In this document: in pieces, positions 9,801 to 19,605 of the stretch | Numbering within the stretch: position 1 is the stretch's first letter | Layout of the letters: each line of letters starts with the position of its first letter | Origin: an uncultured delta proteobacterium | GTDB lineage: Bacteria; Desulfobacterota; Binatia; UBA9968 | Reading direction: 5' to 3' | DNA: 64,000 bases | NCBI GenBank assembly: GCA_963745835.1 | Contig: CAVUZH010000013.1 | Location: 800,001 to 864,000 of the forward strand | Position numbers and translations under genes: made by a program | The notes under the pieces: generated by a model | Told to the model about the DNA's origin: nothing | Database searches by the model: none | The model's input: the letters and a program-made list of their open reading frames with translations, nothing else

Positions 9801-9975
9801 GCTTCAGCTACTTCAATATTGTTCGTGTGGCCATATTAGTGATCTGACGTTGCGCTCGAAGTTCCCGCGACCTCTTTGATGGGGCTGGTGAGATAGACTG
9901 CGGCAAGGTCGAGACACAACCGCATCTTGAGCAGCCCGTCGGCTCGTTTTTTACCACCCGATTTGTTGCGATTAT

Positions 9976-10416
9976 CTATGCTGCTTTTAGATCCACCGTG
10001 CAGTGAGCACAGCGGACGGCCTTGACGGGAATGGTCGATAAGCAGTACGGGCACTCCTTTGCTGTGGGAGCTTCGGCTTCTTTTTTCTTCATGCTATTAA
10101 TCATTCGTATCAGCAGGAAAATGACAAATGCAATGATCAAAAAATAGATAAAATCGTTGATGAAATTACCATAGGCAATCACCGGGATGCCTTTGGCTTT
10201 GGCGTCCTGCAGGGACACGGGTATACCCTTTGAACTGTCAAGCACATAAAATAGGCTGCTGAAATCAACTTTGCCGAGCAGCAATCCTAACGGTGGCATC
10301 AGTATGCCATCGACCAGCGAGGTGACGATCTTGCCAAAAGCCGCGCCGATAATCACTGCTACCGCCAAATCGATAACGTTGCCGCGGGCGATAAACTCTT
10401 TAAATTCTTTCCACAT
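9976..10416 (-). CDS. mscL: Large-conductance mechanosensitive channel with C-terminal Zn ribbon
   Basis: [35 protein letters not shown]; C-terminal CPYC..CAHC. Confidence 0.95.
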   Translation of the reverse strand: MWKEFKEFIARGNVIDLAVAVIIGAAFGKIVTSLVDGILMPPLGLLLGKVDFSSLFYVLDSSKGIPVSLQDAKAKGIPVIAYGNFINDFIYFLIIAFVIFLLIRMINSMKKKEAEAPTAKECPYCLSTIPVKAVRCAHCTVDLKAA

Positions 10417-10593
10417 GTTTATCTCCTCCTCAAAGCCGGCACCTGACCTGATAAGCAGGTTTCGATAAAATTCGTTCGTGACTGAGTTTGCACCGGGTTA
10501 GACTAGGAATCACTCATGATATAGGCGTAGGCGGTTAATCGACGCAGCTCTGAGACGTTTGCGGAATTATATCCTTCAGGTGACGTAGGACTG

Positions 10594-12140
10594 TCAAGAA
10601 AATTCCATCGAAGATGCTTCTGATTCTTGACTGCCGCCGGAGTAAATCGTCTCGATCTCAGCACGATATCGATCTTCAACGGCGTGGCGATCTATCTTGA
10701 TCTTTTGTAATGCCGTAGGGCTGCGAAGCTCCTCGGGGAAGTGGTCCGAAATGACCGCAATCTTGCGAATCTTTCCATAGCGATCCAGTTGAGTATTGAT
10801 CATGTCGACCCGCTGCTTTAGCGCCGCTTGGACATCCCGGTCGCTCAATGCTGTTTCCATCCGATCGAGTGCGGCAGCTATATGGCGGCGCTCGGGCACG
10901 ATCAAAGCAGCAATAAATGGTCGACGGTCACCCAGTAGAACCGCCTGCCGAATGAATTAGTTATCTTCCCGCAGCGCTTCGATCGTCCCGGGATTGATAT
11001 TCGAGCCGTCAGCACAATTAAAAAAGATCCTTTTTACGGCCGATCATATAAAGAGATCCTTCGTTGTCGATTTTTCCCAGATCGCCCGTGCAAAACCAGC
11101 CATCCGCATCGAAGGCTTCACGCGTGGCTAGCGGGTCTTCGAAGTATCCATGCGTTACAGTGGGGCCATAAGAACCAATGAGCGGTACGCCGATCACATC
11201 GAAGAATCGCAGAATACGGGGCGGCATCGCCGCCCCGCCGTAGGTGATATATTTTACCCTGCCGCCTAAAGTCTCTTGCGCGGTCTCTCGCAGGATTGCT
11301 TTATTCCTTCGATCTCAGTTCCGGCATGATCGCTCGAGTCCGTCGCTCTATGATCTCGATCCGGTGTTTCAAATTCGGTCCCACATCTCACGAATGCGTC
11401 CTCGATCTAAAATCGCGTTCCACAGCCGTTCCATCACTCTGGTACCACCGATATCGCGGTGGGCCGCAAACCCTCAATCACGGATAACGCAAGATGTAGT
11501 TCCGTGGCCTCGATCATCGCGATGGCAATATTTGACAGCAGATTATTGTGAGTTCGCACCACGCTTTTGGGCTCACCAGTGGACCCGGCGGTGTACATGA
11601 TGGTCACTAGATTATTTGGCTGGACTGCTTCCAGCAGTTAATCCAATTGGTCGATACCACCGCGTCGGCCCCGCTCCAGCAGCTCGGCAAATGACACACA
11701 GCCGCAAAGCTCTTGGGCGCTGTCGTCAAGAACATAGCATGCGACAGAGTAGGCAATTGCGCTTTAACAGCGAGCAGCCTTCTGGCAACAAGAGCATCCA
11801 TAAAGATTGCGCGGCACCGAGAATGGGCGAGAATCTTAAATAAAGTAAAGTCCGAAACATTCGGCGAGATCACCACGTTCGGCAAGCCTCCAGCCAATGT
11901 CGCCAGGTCGGCGCAGAGCCAGGGCAAACTGTTGTCGCCCATAATCGCGACATTATCCCCTTTGGCCATTCCCAATTCATGCAGGCCGAACAAGGTGCTT
12001 TGAACCATCGCGCCGAAATCGCGCCACGATTTATCTTCGAAGCTGCCGCACCGTTGTATCTTTAGAAACGTGCGCAGCCAAGCTCGCTAACCCGGCGAAA
12101 AAACAGTTGACCTAAGCTCGACCAAGAGTTCTGTGGAAGG
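10594..12140 (-). pseudogene. Fragmented AMP-dependent long-chain acyl-CoA synthetase
   Basis: Pieces in different frames: GDNVAIMGDN; IMYTAGSTGEPK near 11570-11605; GYFEDPLATREAFDADGWFCTGDLG; IGRKKDL; ELRSPTALQKIK; several frameshifts, stops and apparent deletions; 5' end approximate. Confidence 0.85.
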
Positions 12141-12159
12141 ACTGATGCCGAAAAGAAAC

Positions 12160-13533
12160 TCATAACGGCTCGAAGTGAGAAGGCTGGTATTTGGATCTTT
12201 GAGGATCTTCGACCTGCTTCAATCCTCTAATTTCCTGGCGGTGGGCATATGCATACAATACGGCTTCGGCGACGTCATCGATATGCCCCTGTACGTACTT
12301 GCGCGCCGGTACTGCCAGGCGAAGCAGCTCGATGCCGCGCGCCGTTTGGGCGGGCGCCGGAGGCGCGCCTTTGGTCACCCGGACGCCGGATACACAATAA
12401 AGAAACGCGGCTAGAGCCTCGGCGCGATGATTCCCCGCAGCCACGTGCGGCAAAAACGCGGCCAGGTCGATATACACGGCGTGACCGGCGGGCGGATGCA
12501 CCAGTGGGACTCTCTCTCTGAGCCTGCGCCAAAGATAGTTAACCTGCTCCACCCGGCTGATCACATAGGCATCCTTCACCAAGATCTCGTCAAGCGCGGT
12601 GCTGATCATTTGCATTGCGCTTGCCGGCGGCTGCGCGCCGTCGAGAAAACTTTGCATGGTCGCCTTTTGGAAGGTGACGGGATCGCGGCTGCCGATCATG
12701 CCGCCCATAGGAACCAGCAAATCCTTCATGGCGCTCATCGTGCAACCGTCTGCCGATTCGCACGTTTCAAAAACGATCTCGCGAACGGAATGATCGTGAT
12801 ATCCGGCCTCGCGTTGCCGGATCAAGTAGCTATTCTCGAGAATACGGCAGGCATCGAGAAATAGCGGCACACCGTTCGTTGCGGCCAGCGCCTTGACCTT
12901 CTTGAGATTGCCGAGAGAGACCGGATGGCCGCCGCAAGCATTAACGCTGAGCTCGACATAGATGCAGCTGACCTTTTGCCGTCCGTGTTCGCGAAAAACC
13001 GCGCCAAGTTTTTCGATGTCGAGATCGCCTTTGAAGGGATCTTCTGATTCGACATTATGGGCGCCATCGGCTATGACATCGATCACCTTGCCGCCGTTGG
13101 ATTCGATATGCGTTCGCGTCGATGGAAACAGCATATTGCCGGGCACTACAGTATCAGCCTTGACATGAATCTTTGCCCATATGCGCTCAGCGGCGCGTCC
13201 CTGGGTGGTCGGAACTAAGTAGGGAAACCCAAAAAACTTGCGGTACTGCGTGGACAGAGAAGCAAATGCTCGGCTGGCTTCAGTCGCCATGCCCATCGCG
13301 GGCTCCACCACCTCGCTTCCGCTCCCGGCAGCGATTTGGGCCGTGCTCAACGCGCTCACGCCGCTATCGGTGCAGAGATCGATATAGATTGCGTCCTGGG
13401 GCAGCAGCTCACAGTTATAGCCGCAGGCTTGGAGCGCGTGTTCACGCTCCTGCAGGCTGGTCTGCCGTAACTGACGAACCGCAGCGATCTCGTACGGAAC
13501 CGAAAACGTAACGCCGACGGCTCGATCACTCAT
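12160..13533 (-). CDS. Tryptophanase/tyrosine phenol-lyase-like PLP beta-eliminating lyase (divergent)
   Basis: IDLCTDSG, TTQGRAAE, LDACRILEN, MSAMKD (PLP Lys), GHAVYID, LRLAVP. Confidence 0.85.
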   Translation of the reverse strand: MSDRAVGVTFSVPYEIAAVRQLRQTSLQEREHALQACGYNCELLPQDAIYIDLCTDSGVSALSTAQIAAGSGSEVVEPAMGMATEASRAFASLSTQYRKFFGFPYLVPTTQGRAAERIWAKIHVKADTVVPGNMLFPSTRTHIESNGGKVIDVIADGAHNVESEDPFKGDLDIEKLGAVFREHGRQKVSCIYVELSVNACGGHPVSLGNLKKVKALAATNGVPLFLDACRILENSYLIRQREAGYHDHSVREIVFETCESADGCTMSAMKDLLVPMGGMIGSRDPVTFQKATMQSFLDGAQPPASAMQMISTALDEILVKDAYVISRVEQVNYLWRRLRERVPLVHPPAGHAVYIDLAAFLPHVAAGNHRAEALAAFLYCVSGVRVTKGAPPAPAQTARGIELLRLAVPARKYVQGHIDDVAEAVLYAYAHRQEIRGLKQVEDPQRSKYQPSHFEPL

Positions 13534-13581
13534 TACCAGAAATCTCCGTTTGTCGATCTACCGGTAAATCGTCGCAGCGAG

Positions 13582-14427
13582 TTAGCGGGGGAGCTTTTGC
13601 TCAACCGGTTCATCTTCGGATTGCTGTTCGAGCGCCGGCTTGATCCGCTGATTGTCACTTGCCGTCAGGATGCTTAGCGCCCGATGAACCATTTTTCGTT
13701 CGGTGGCGAACTTTAAGTTTTTGATTACCTGGTCCATGGGAAACCAGCGCGCCTCGTCAACTTCGTGATCATGATCGCGAACATCGCCCTTCAGGTAACG
13801 CAATAGATAAAAATGAACCCGTTTATAGATGCGGATCGGCTCGCCTTCTTTGGTTTTGTCACGATAGGCGTAGCGTATATCGCCGAGTTTTCTCACCACG
13901 CGGCCTTCTAATCCAGTCTCCTCTCGCACTTCTCGCAAAGCGGTTTCTTCGATGCGCTCGCCTTCTTCAACATGACCTTTAGGCAGGCCCCAACGATTAC
14001 GCACGTGAATCAAGGCGATTTGAATCTCATCGCTGTGCTTGCGGTACATCACGCCGCCGGCCGACACTTCGCGAACCGTTCGTATGCCATCGCCGCGGGG
14101 CCGCGGCCCGGAAGTAACCTGCTCCTTGAGCCATTTCAGATAGCCGCTGCTGCCTTCGATCACCGGCAACGCGATCACTTCTGGAACTGAGTAACTGTGG
14201 AGTTCTCGAACGCGTTTCTCCAGAACCGCGAACCGGTCCCGGCTCGTTTTGATAATCAGCAGCTCTTCTTCGCTCTGCTCTACTTTGCCCTGCCATCGAT
14301 AAACCGACTGCACCGACTTGATGCGATTGACACAGGCCGCAAGCCGTTCGTCAACCAGCGAACGGGCCATCCGATCCGCCTCGTCGGCCGATCCAGCGGT
14401 CACATAAACGACGATGAACTCTTGCAT
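13582..14427 (-). CDS. CutA (divalent-cation tolerance) - NUDIX hydrolase fusion
   Basis: N-terminal CutA (LAACVN, SVYRWQG, HSYSVPE); C-terminal Nudix box GHVEEGERIEETALREVREETGL in one frame. Confidence 0.88.
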   Translation of the reverse strand: MQEFIVVYVTAGSADEADRMARSLVDERLAACVNRIKSVQSVYRWQGKVEQSEEELLIIKTSRDRFAVLEKRVRELHSYSVPEVIALPVIEGSSGYLKWLKEQVTSGPRPRGDGIRTVREVSAGGVMYRKHSDEIQIALIHVRNRWGLPKGHVEEGERIEETALREVREETGLEGRVVRKLGDIRYAYRDKTKEGEPIRIYKRVHFYLLRYLKGDVRDHDHEVDEARWFPMDQVIKNLKFATERKMVHRALSILTASDNQRIKPALEQQSEDEPVEQKLPR

Positions 14428-14565
14428 TAATATCGATCTTACAACCGCCTTTCACACCCAGTCAATCCGCCAATCCGCAAGTGTGACAGTGAGCACCATC
14501 GCACCGAATTCCCCGTGATGACTCTATGCGCGCTTGTCATAAGTCGAGGGCAGGAATAATTTATT

Positions 14566-15309
14566 GTGATGCGACCAAAAGAGCAGATTCGACAGAAAGT
14601 TTGGTCGGTGATGCAGCGTGAAAAAGTGGCACGCTTTCCCGGCGCCCAAGGAAGAATACCCAACTTTATTGGCGCCGAAGTCTGCGCGCGCCTGCTCGCC
14701 GAAAAATCATATTGGAAGCGCGCCAAAGCTTTGAAATCCAATCCGGACTCACCGCAAAGAGCGATTCGGCACAAAGCTCTTGCCGATGGCAAAATCGTCT
14801 ATATGGCCGTGCCGCGCCTGCGCAATCAGAAACCATTTATCGAGCTCGATCCAGCGAAACTAAAGTGTTCCCCGTACACCGCGTCTTCAATTCAGGGTGC
14901 GGCAGAGTTCGGCAGGTTGATCGGTCTGGATAAAATCAAAAAAATCGACCTGATCATCTGCGGCTCGGTCGCGGTTAATCGCCGCGGCGCTCGAGTCGGT
15001 AAAGGCGGCGGCTATTCGGACTTGGAATTCGCCTTGCTGACCGAGAACAAAAAGATTTCCGCAAAGACACCGATCGTTACGTCGGTTCACGCGTTGCAAA
15101 TCCTCGACGAAGACCTGCCCATGACCGAACACGACATCCCGCTGAGCGCTATCGTCACGCCGGGCGAGATTATCGAAATCGATGCGAATTTCCCGCGCCC
15201 TAAAGGGATTTACTGGCGGATGCTCGGCCAAGAGAAGATCGAGACGATTCCGATACTCAAAATCGCCGCGGCGACTCGTAATCCTGTTGATAATGCCAGG
15301 CCCGCCTGA
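14566..15309 (+). CDS. 5-formyltetrahydrofolate cyclo-ligase family protein (MTHFSD-like paralogue)
   Basis: GRIPNF, NPDSPQ, MAVPRL, GSVAV, GARVGKGGGYSDLE, HDIP. Confidence 0.85.
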   Translation: MMRPKEQIRQKVWSVMQREKVARFPGAQGRIPNFIGAEVCARLLAEKSYWKRAKALKSNPDSPQRAIRHKALADGKIVYMAVPRLRNQKPFIELDPAKLKCSPYTASSIQGAAEFGRLIGLDKIKKIDLIICGSVAVNRRGARVGKGGGYSDLEFALLTENKKISAKTPIVTSVHALQILDEDLPMTEHDIPLSAIVTPGEIIEIDANFPRPKGIYWRMLGQEKIETIPILKIAAATRNPVDNARPA

Positions 15310-15367
15310 TGTCTCATTTGAAGTCCGGCGGGGCGTATGTTAACTCAGTGAATTCGAGGAAAAATCG

Positions 15368-15751
15368 ATGGAAAAGATAGACTTCGCCAAGGCTAACGGC
15401 CTGGTTCCCGTGATCGTGCAGGACTATGAATCGCGCGACGTGTTGATGGTTGCTTATATGAACGAAGAGGCGTGGGAGCAAACCCAGAAGACCGGCAAAG
15501 CGCACTATTACAGCCGTTCCCGCAAGGGGCTTTGGTTCAAAGGCGAGGAGTCGGGCAACTTCCAAGAAGTAAGAGATGCTTTCATCGACTGCGACAACGA
15601 CACGATTTTGCTGCAGGTCAATCAGATCGGCGGCGCCGCTTGCCACGAAGGATTTCGAAGTTGCTTCTTTCGCCAGCGCTCCGGCGACGACTGGGAAGTT
15701 TGCGCCGAACGGGTTTTTGATCCGAAAGAGGTTTACAAAAAATCATTATGA
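15368..15751 (+). CDS. hisI: Phosphoribosyl-AMP cyclohydrolase
   Basis: [34 protein letters not shown]. Confidence 0.95.
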   Translation: MEKIDFAKANGLVPVIVQDYESRDVLMVAYMNEEAWEQTQKTGKAHYYSRSRKGLWFKGEESGNFQEVRDAFIDCDNDTILLQVNQIGGAACHEGFRSCFFRQRSGDDWEVCAERVFDPKEVYKKSL

Positions 15752-15788
15752 GCCCGCTTCAACTCTTCATTATAGAGGTCCGAGGCTG

Positions 15789-16688
15789 ATGAAGGCCGGC
15801 AAAGAACTGAAACTGGGGATTCCGAAGGGGAGCCTCGAGGAGATGACCATCGAGCTCTTCAGAAAATCCGGTTGGAAAATTTCGACAACCAGCCGCAGTT
15901 ATTTTCCCTCCATCGATGATGATACTTTGCGCTGCAGCCTGGCGCGTCCCCAGGAAATGTCGCGTTACGTCGAGTCCGGCACTCTGGATGTCGCCATCAC
16001 CGGCAGAGATTGGGTCATGGAGAACGGTTCCGATGTCCAGCTCGTCTGCGAGATGATCTATTCGAAGACCAGCTTTCGCCCAACGCGCTGGGTGCTGGCT
16101 GTGCCGCAGGATTCACCGATCGAAAGGATAGAAGACCTTCGGGGTAAGCGAATTTCCTCGGAAATGGTGAACTATACGAAGCGCTATTTTGCCGAAAGAG
16201 AAATCCCCGTCGAAGTCGAGTTCTCCTGGGGCGCCACCGAGGCCAAGGCTGCCGAAGGTCTCGTCGACGCGATCGTTGAAGTGACCGAGACCGGTAGCAC
16301 GATCCGCGCTCATGGGCTGAGGATTATCCATGAGCTAATGGAATCCTGTCCCCAACTGATCGCCAACAAGGAGGCATGGCAGGACCCTTGGAAGAGGGAG
16401 AAAATTGAGCAAATCCGACTTCTACTGCTAGGAGCGCTTTCGGCGGAAAACAAGGTCGGCATCAAGCTGAATGTCGCCGAAGCCGATCTGGAAAAGGTCA
16501 TAGAGTTGATTCCCAGCATCACCGCGCCAACGGTCGCCACACTCCATCCTTCTCCGAGCCTGAAAGGGATCAGATGGTTTTCGGTGGAGAGCGTACTCGA
16601 AGAAGCCAAAGTCAGGGATTTAATCCCGCTCCTAATACGCAACGGCGCTGTGGGCATCATCGAATACCCGCTCAATAAGGTCATTTAA
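15789..16688 (+). CDS. hisG: ATP phosphoribosyltransferase (long form)
   Basis: [31 protein letters not shown] and a C-terminal regulatory domain; start taken at MKAGK. Confidence 0.95.
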   Translation: MKAGKELKLGIPKGSLEEMTIELFRKSGWKISTTSRSYFPSIDDDTLRCSLARPQEMSRYVESGTLDVAITGRDWVMENGSDVQLVCEMIYSKTSFRPTRWVLAVPQDSPIERIEDLRGKRISSEMVNYTKRYFAEREIPVEVEFSWGATEAKAAEGLVDAIVEVTETGSTIRAHGLRIIHELMESCPQLIANKEAWQDPWKREKIEQIRLLLLGALSAENKVGIKLNVAEADLEKVIELIPSITAPTVATLHPSPSLKGIRWFSVESVLEEAKVRDLIPLLIRNGAVGIIEYPLNKVI

Positions 16689-16689
16689 A

Positions 16690-16809
16690 AGACTGCTGGA
16701 AAAGCCTCATATGCTTGGTTGCGCTAGCTCGCTTCGCCTCGACGTACTGACGTCCGCCTCAGCTTATCGATCTTGGCGCGCCTAGTCCCGAAGTCTTTTT
16801 GAGCAGTCT
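16690..16809. repeat. Palindromic MITE/REP-like intergenic element
   Basis: Inverted ends agactgctggaaaag ... ctttttgagcagtct between convergent genes. Confidence 0.6.
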
Positions 16810-16854
16810 GTATGCAAACGGCTTATGCCGGCAACCGGTTTTCTGGCGCAACGA

Positions 16855-18216
16855 TCAGCCGGTTGGTTGGGACGTCTGTCCGGAATCCCGCGAGAGAAAA
16901 TAATCCTTGGCAATATCCGGGAACAATGCGTAAGTAAGCACATCCTCTTCGCTGGTTGCGAGGCTGCCGGCTTCCTTGCGCGCAGCTTCCAAACCCGGCT
17001 TAAGAAGATCCGCCGGCCGGCAGTCAATCGGCTCTTTTCCGCCTAGGACTTTTGTTTTGATCTCCTGGCTGATCGGCCCTGGCGGCCTGCCATACAATCC
17101 CATGACGTAGTTCCGGGTTTCGGTGGCAACGACAGAATAGCGTTTTCCAGTGATCACATTCAGTGCCGCCTGAGAGCCAACGATTTGGCTGGTCGGCGTT
17201 ACTAAGGGCGGGTATCCAAGATCTTTTCTAACATGGGGCATTTCATTTAGCACAGCGTCGAGTCTATCCTCGGCCTTCTGCTGCCGTAGCTGCGCCACCA
17301 GATTGGACAACATTCCCCCGGGAATTTGTGAAGTCAAAATGTCGGTCTTGACCTGGTTGTTGACAGCGCTTTCGAACTCAGCGTATTTCTTGCGCACTCC
17401 ATAGAAGTATTCGGCGATCTCGTTGAGTTTGCCCAAATCCAATCCAGTGTCCCGGGAACTACCCATTAATGCCGCCACCACCGCTTCTGTCGCCGGCTGT
17501 GATGTGCCTTGGGATAACGGCGACAGGGCGGTGTCCACTATGTCAGCGCCCGCTTCAATGGCGAGCATGTAAGTCATCGGCGCCAACCCGGCCGTGCAGT
17601 GAGAATGGAGATGAAGCGGTAGCGGAATACGAGCTTTAATTTTGCTGATCAGCTCTTGGGCGGCGTACGGAGCGAGCATCCCCGCCATGTCTTTGAGGCA
17701 TATAATCTGCACGCCCAACTCTGCCAGTTGCTCGCCTACTCGCAGGAAGTAATCCACCGAGTGCACCGGGCTGATTGTGTAGCAGATCGTGCCTTCGACG
17801 AGCTTACCGGTTTTGAGCGCCGCTTCTATGGCAGTCTTCATGTTGCGCAGATCGTTCATCGCGTCGAAGATACGGAAAACGTCGATACCGCCAGCTGCAG
17901 CGCGTTGGACGAAGCCGATGACAATATCGTCCGGATAGTTGTGGTAGCCGACGATGTTCTGGCCTCGCAAGAGCATCTGGAAGCGGGTCTTGGGAATTGC
18001 CGCGCGCAGGCTGCGCAACCGCTCCCAGGGATCTTCCTTGAGATATCTCAGAGCCGCGTCGAAAGTAGCCCCGCCCCATGTTTCTAAGGACCAGTAGCCG
18101 ATGGCATCCAGCTTTCCGGCTATCGGCAACATGTCCTCTGTGCGCATCCGCGTTGCCAGCAAGGATTGATGAGCATCGCGTAAAATCGTTTCCGTTAGTT
18201 CGACCTTCGCTGCCAT
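16855..18216 (-). CDS. Pyruvate carboxylase subunit B/oxaloacetate decarboxylase alpha-like carboxyltransferase, no biotinyl domain
   Basis: LRDAHQSLLATR, WGGATFD, QMLLRGQN, KDMAG, HSH, GYPPLVTPTSQIVG; ends without EAMKM. Confidence 0.9.
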   Translation of the reverse strand: MAAKVELTETILRDAHQSLLATRMRTEDMLPIAGKLDAIGYWSLETWGGATFDAALRYLKEDPWERLRSLRAAIPKTRFQMLLRGQNIVGYHNYPDDIVIGFVQRAAAGGIDVFRIFDAMNDLRNMKTAIEAALKTGKLVEGTICYTISPVHSVDYFLRVGEQLAELGVQIICLKDMAGMLAPYAAQELISKIKARIPLPLHLHSHCTAGLAPMTYMLAIEAGADIVDTALSPLSQGTSQPATEAVVAALMGSSRDTGLDLGKLNEIAEYFYGVRKKYAEFESAVNNQVKTDILTSQIPGGMLSNLVAQLRQQKAEDRLDAVLNEMPHVRKDLGYPPLVTPTSQIVGSQAALNVITGKRYSVVATETRNYVMGLYGRPPGPISQEIKTKVLGGKEPIDCRPADLLKPGLEAARKEAGSLATSEEDVLTYALFPDIAKDYFLSRDSGQTSQPTG

Positions 18217-18239
18217 AAGTTCACCTATAGGCGGTTGAG

Positions 18240-18791
18240 TTACTCGTACAAGTCGCTTTGTTTTCCTTCGAGACGTTCTTTTTCAGCCTCATCGATGACA
18301 TACCCGCCGTCAATTTTCTTGAGCTTGGTGATGTCATAAAAAAATTGGGAAACTTCCAGACCATCATCGAACTCGTACATCTTGATGGCGTCCCAAGGGC
18401 AGATTTTCTTGTCGAGGCGGTCTTCAGACTCGGTGCCAATGAGCTGTAGCTGGAAACGCTTGGGAACGGCGTCAGGCGCCACCGGGTTGCGGTTGCTGTC
18501 GTAAAAACGGCTGCCGTATTCGTAGAAAATCTCGCCGGTCTCCTTGTGCTGCTGCACCTTGGTCAAGTCGTCGCTATAACACATCTGACAGCCGATGCAT
18601 TTGTCGTTGTCGACCATGACGCGATAAGGTTTGAGCCCTCCCTGCGGCAGCTCTTCATAGACCAGATTGATGCATTCATCGACGGGACAATGCGCCTCGC
18701 ACAAAGGTGAACCGGCGCAACTTGAGCAATTCTCATCCATCACCGCCAGTAGTGCCGTGCCCTTGCGCTTTTTGGTTGCTTCAGCCGCCAT
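18240..18791 (-). CDS. Atypical 2[4Fe-4S] ferredoxin-like protein
   Basis: CSSCAGSPLCEAHCP and CIGCQMC...(long insert)...CPWDAI; start taken at MAAEAT. Confidence 0.75.
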   Translation of the reverse strand: MAAEATKKRKGTALLAVMDENCSSCAGSPLCEAHCPVDECINLVYEELPQGGLKPYRVMVDNDKCIGCQMCYSDDLTKVQQHKETGEIFYEYGSRFYDSNRNPVAPDAVPKRFQLQLIGTESEDRLDKKICPWDAIKMYEFDDGLEVSQFFYDITKLKKIDGGYVIDEAEKERLEGKQSDLYE

Positions 18792-19605
18792 GAGATTCGA
18801 CCCTCGCTTTCTTGAATCGTCCCTTGAAAAAGAATGACAACGCAATCGCCAACAAAACCCACCAGAATCGAATCAGCCCGATGCGCCCCCACTCCAGCCA
18901 GTAAACAAAATTGGGAGAGCGAGATATGAGCTGGCCCAAGACCTCTTGCGCCCCGGAATAATCCCTCACTTCGCGCAACGCCTGTGACAGGCCGTAAAGC
19001 GCGCCGTCGTCTTGAGGATTGATTTTAAGCGCCTGTTCGAAGTCCCGGCGCGCTTCGCTCCATCTATCCTGTTCAGCGAATGTCCAGCCCCGGTTGTTCA
19101 GCGCCGCCCCAAAATCCGGCTTTCGCTCCAATGCCTTGTTAAAGTTATCGGCTGCCGCGGCAAGCTCTCCTTTGCGTTTTAAAGCCACTCCAAGATTGTT
19201 GTAGGCCTGGGGAAGATCGGGTTTGAGCTCGACAACCTTTTTGTACTCCGCGATCGCTGCATCGAAGTCACCGCGAATATCGGATTCGATCCAGGCAAGT
19301 AGCGTTCTCGCTTCAACATGATCCGGATCAAGGGCAATCGCCTTTTGCACCGACGCTTCGGCGGCTTGGGGATCGCGGAGTCTCAGCAGGGTTATACCCA
19401 GAAAGAGATGAAGATCGGGTTCCTGGGGATATCGCCTCAATAAAGCCTCAAAGACCGCTTTGGCCTCTGCGGCTTTTCCTTCTGCCAGATAGTTCCGCGC
19501 CTCCTCCCACTGATTTTCCTTTACGAGAGGAGATGTTGTTTCAGCAGCTAAAGATAGACCCACGCACGTGAGGACGGCCAACCCAACCAGGCAGCCCCTC
19601 AACAT
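18781..19605 (-). CDS. Exported TPR repeat protein with C-terminal membrane anchor
   Basis: Signal peptide, several TPRs (AYNNLGVAL, ALNNRG), hydrophobic C-terminal helix followed by basic residues. Confidence 0.85.
   Translation of the reverse strand: MLRGCLVGLAVLTCVGLSLAAETTSPLVKENQWEEARNYLAEGKAAEAKAVFEALLRRYPQEPDLHLFLGITLLRLRDPQAAEASVQKAIALDPDHVEARTLLAWIESDIRGDFDAAIAEYKKVVELKPDLPQAYNNLGVALKRKGELAAAADNFNKALERKPDFGAALNNRGWTFAEQDRWSEARRDFEQALKINPQDDGALYGLSQALREVRDYSGAQEVLGQLISRSPNFVYWLEWGRIGLIRFWWVLLAIALSFFFKGRFKKARVESHGG

Noticed and set aside
14428-14565. Possible 6S RNA upstream of the 5-FCL gene (ssrS-ygfA arrangement)
   Set aside because: Only 138 bp shared by divergent promoters, no long rod-like hairpin visible, and the gene is the MTHFSD-like paralogue
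15576-15788. 71-aa N-terminal extension of HisG overlapping hisI
   Set aside because: HisG homology starts at [10 protein letters not shown]; artefact of longest-ORF calling
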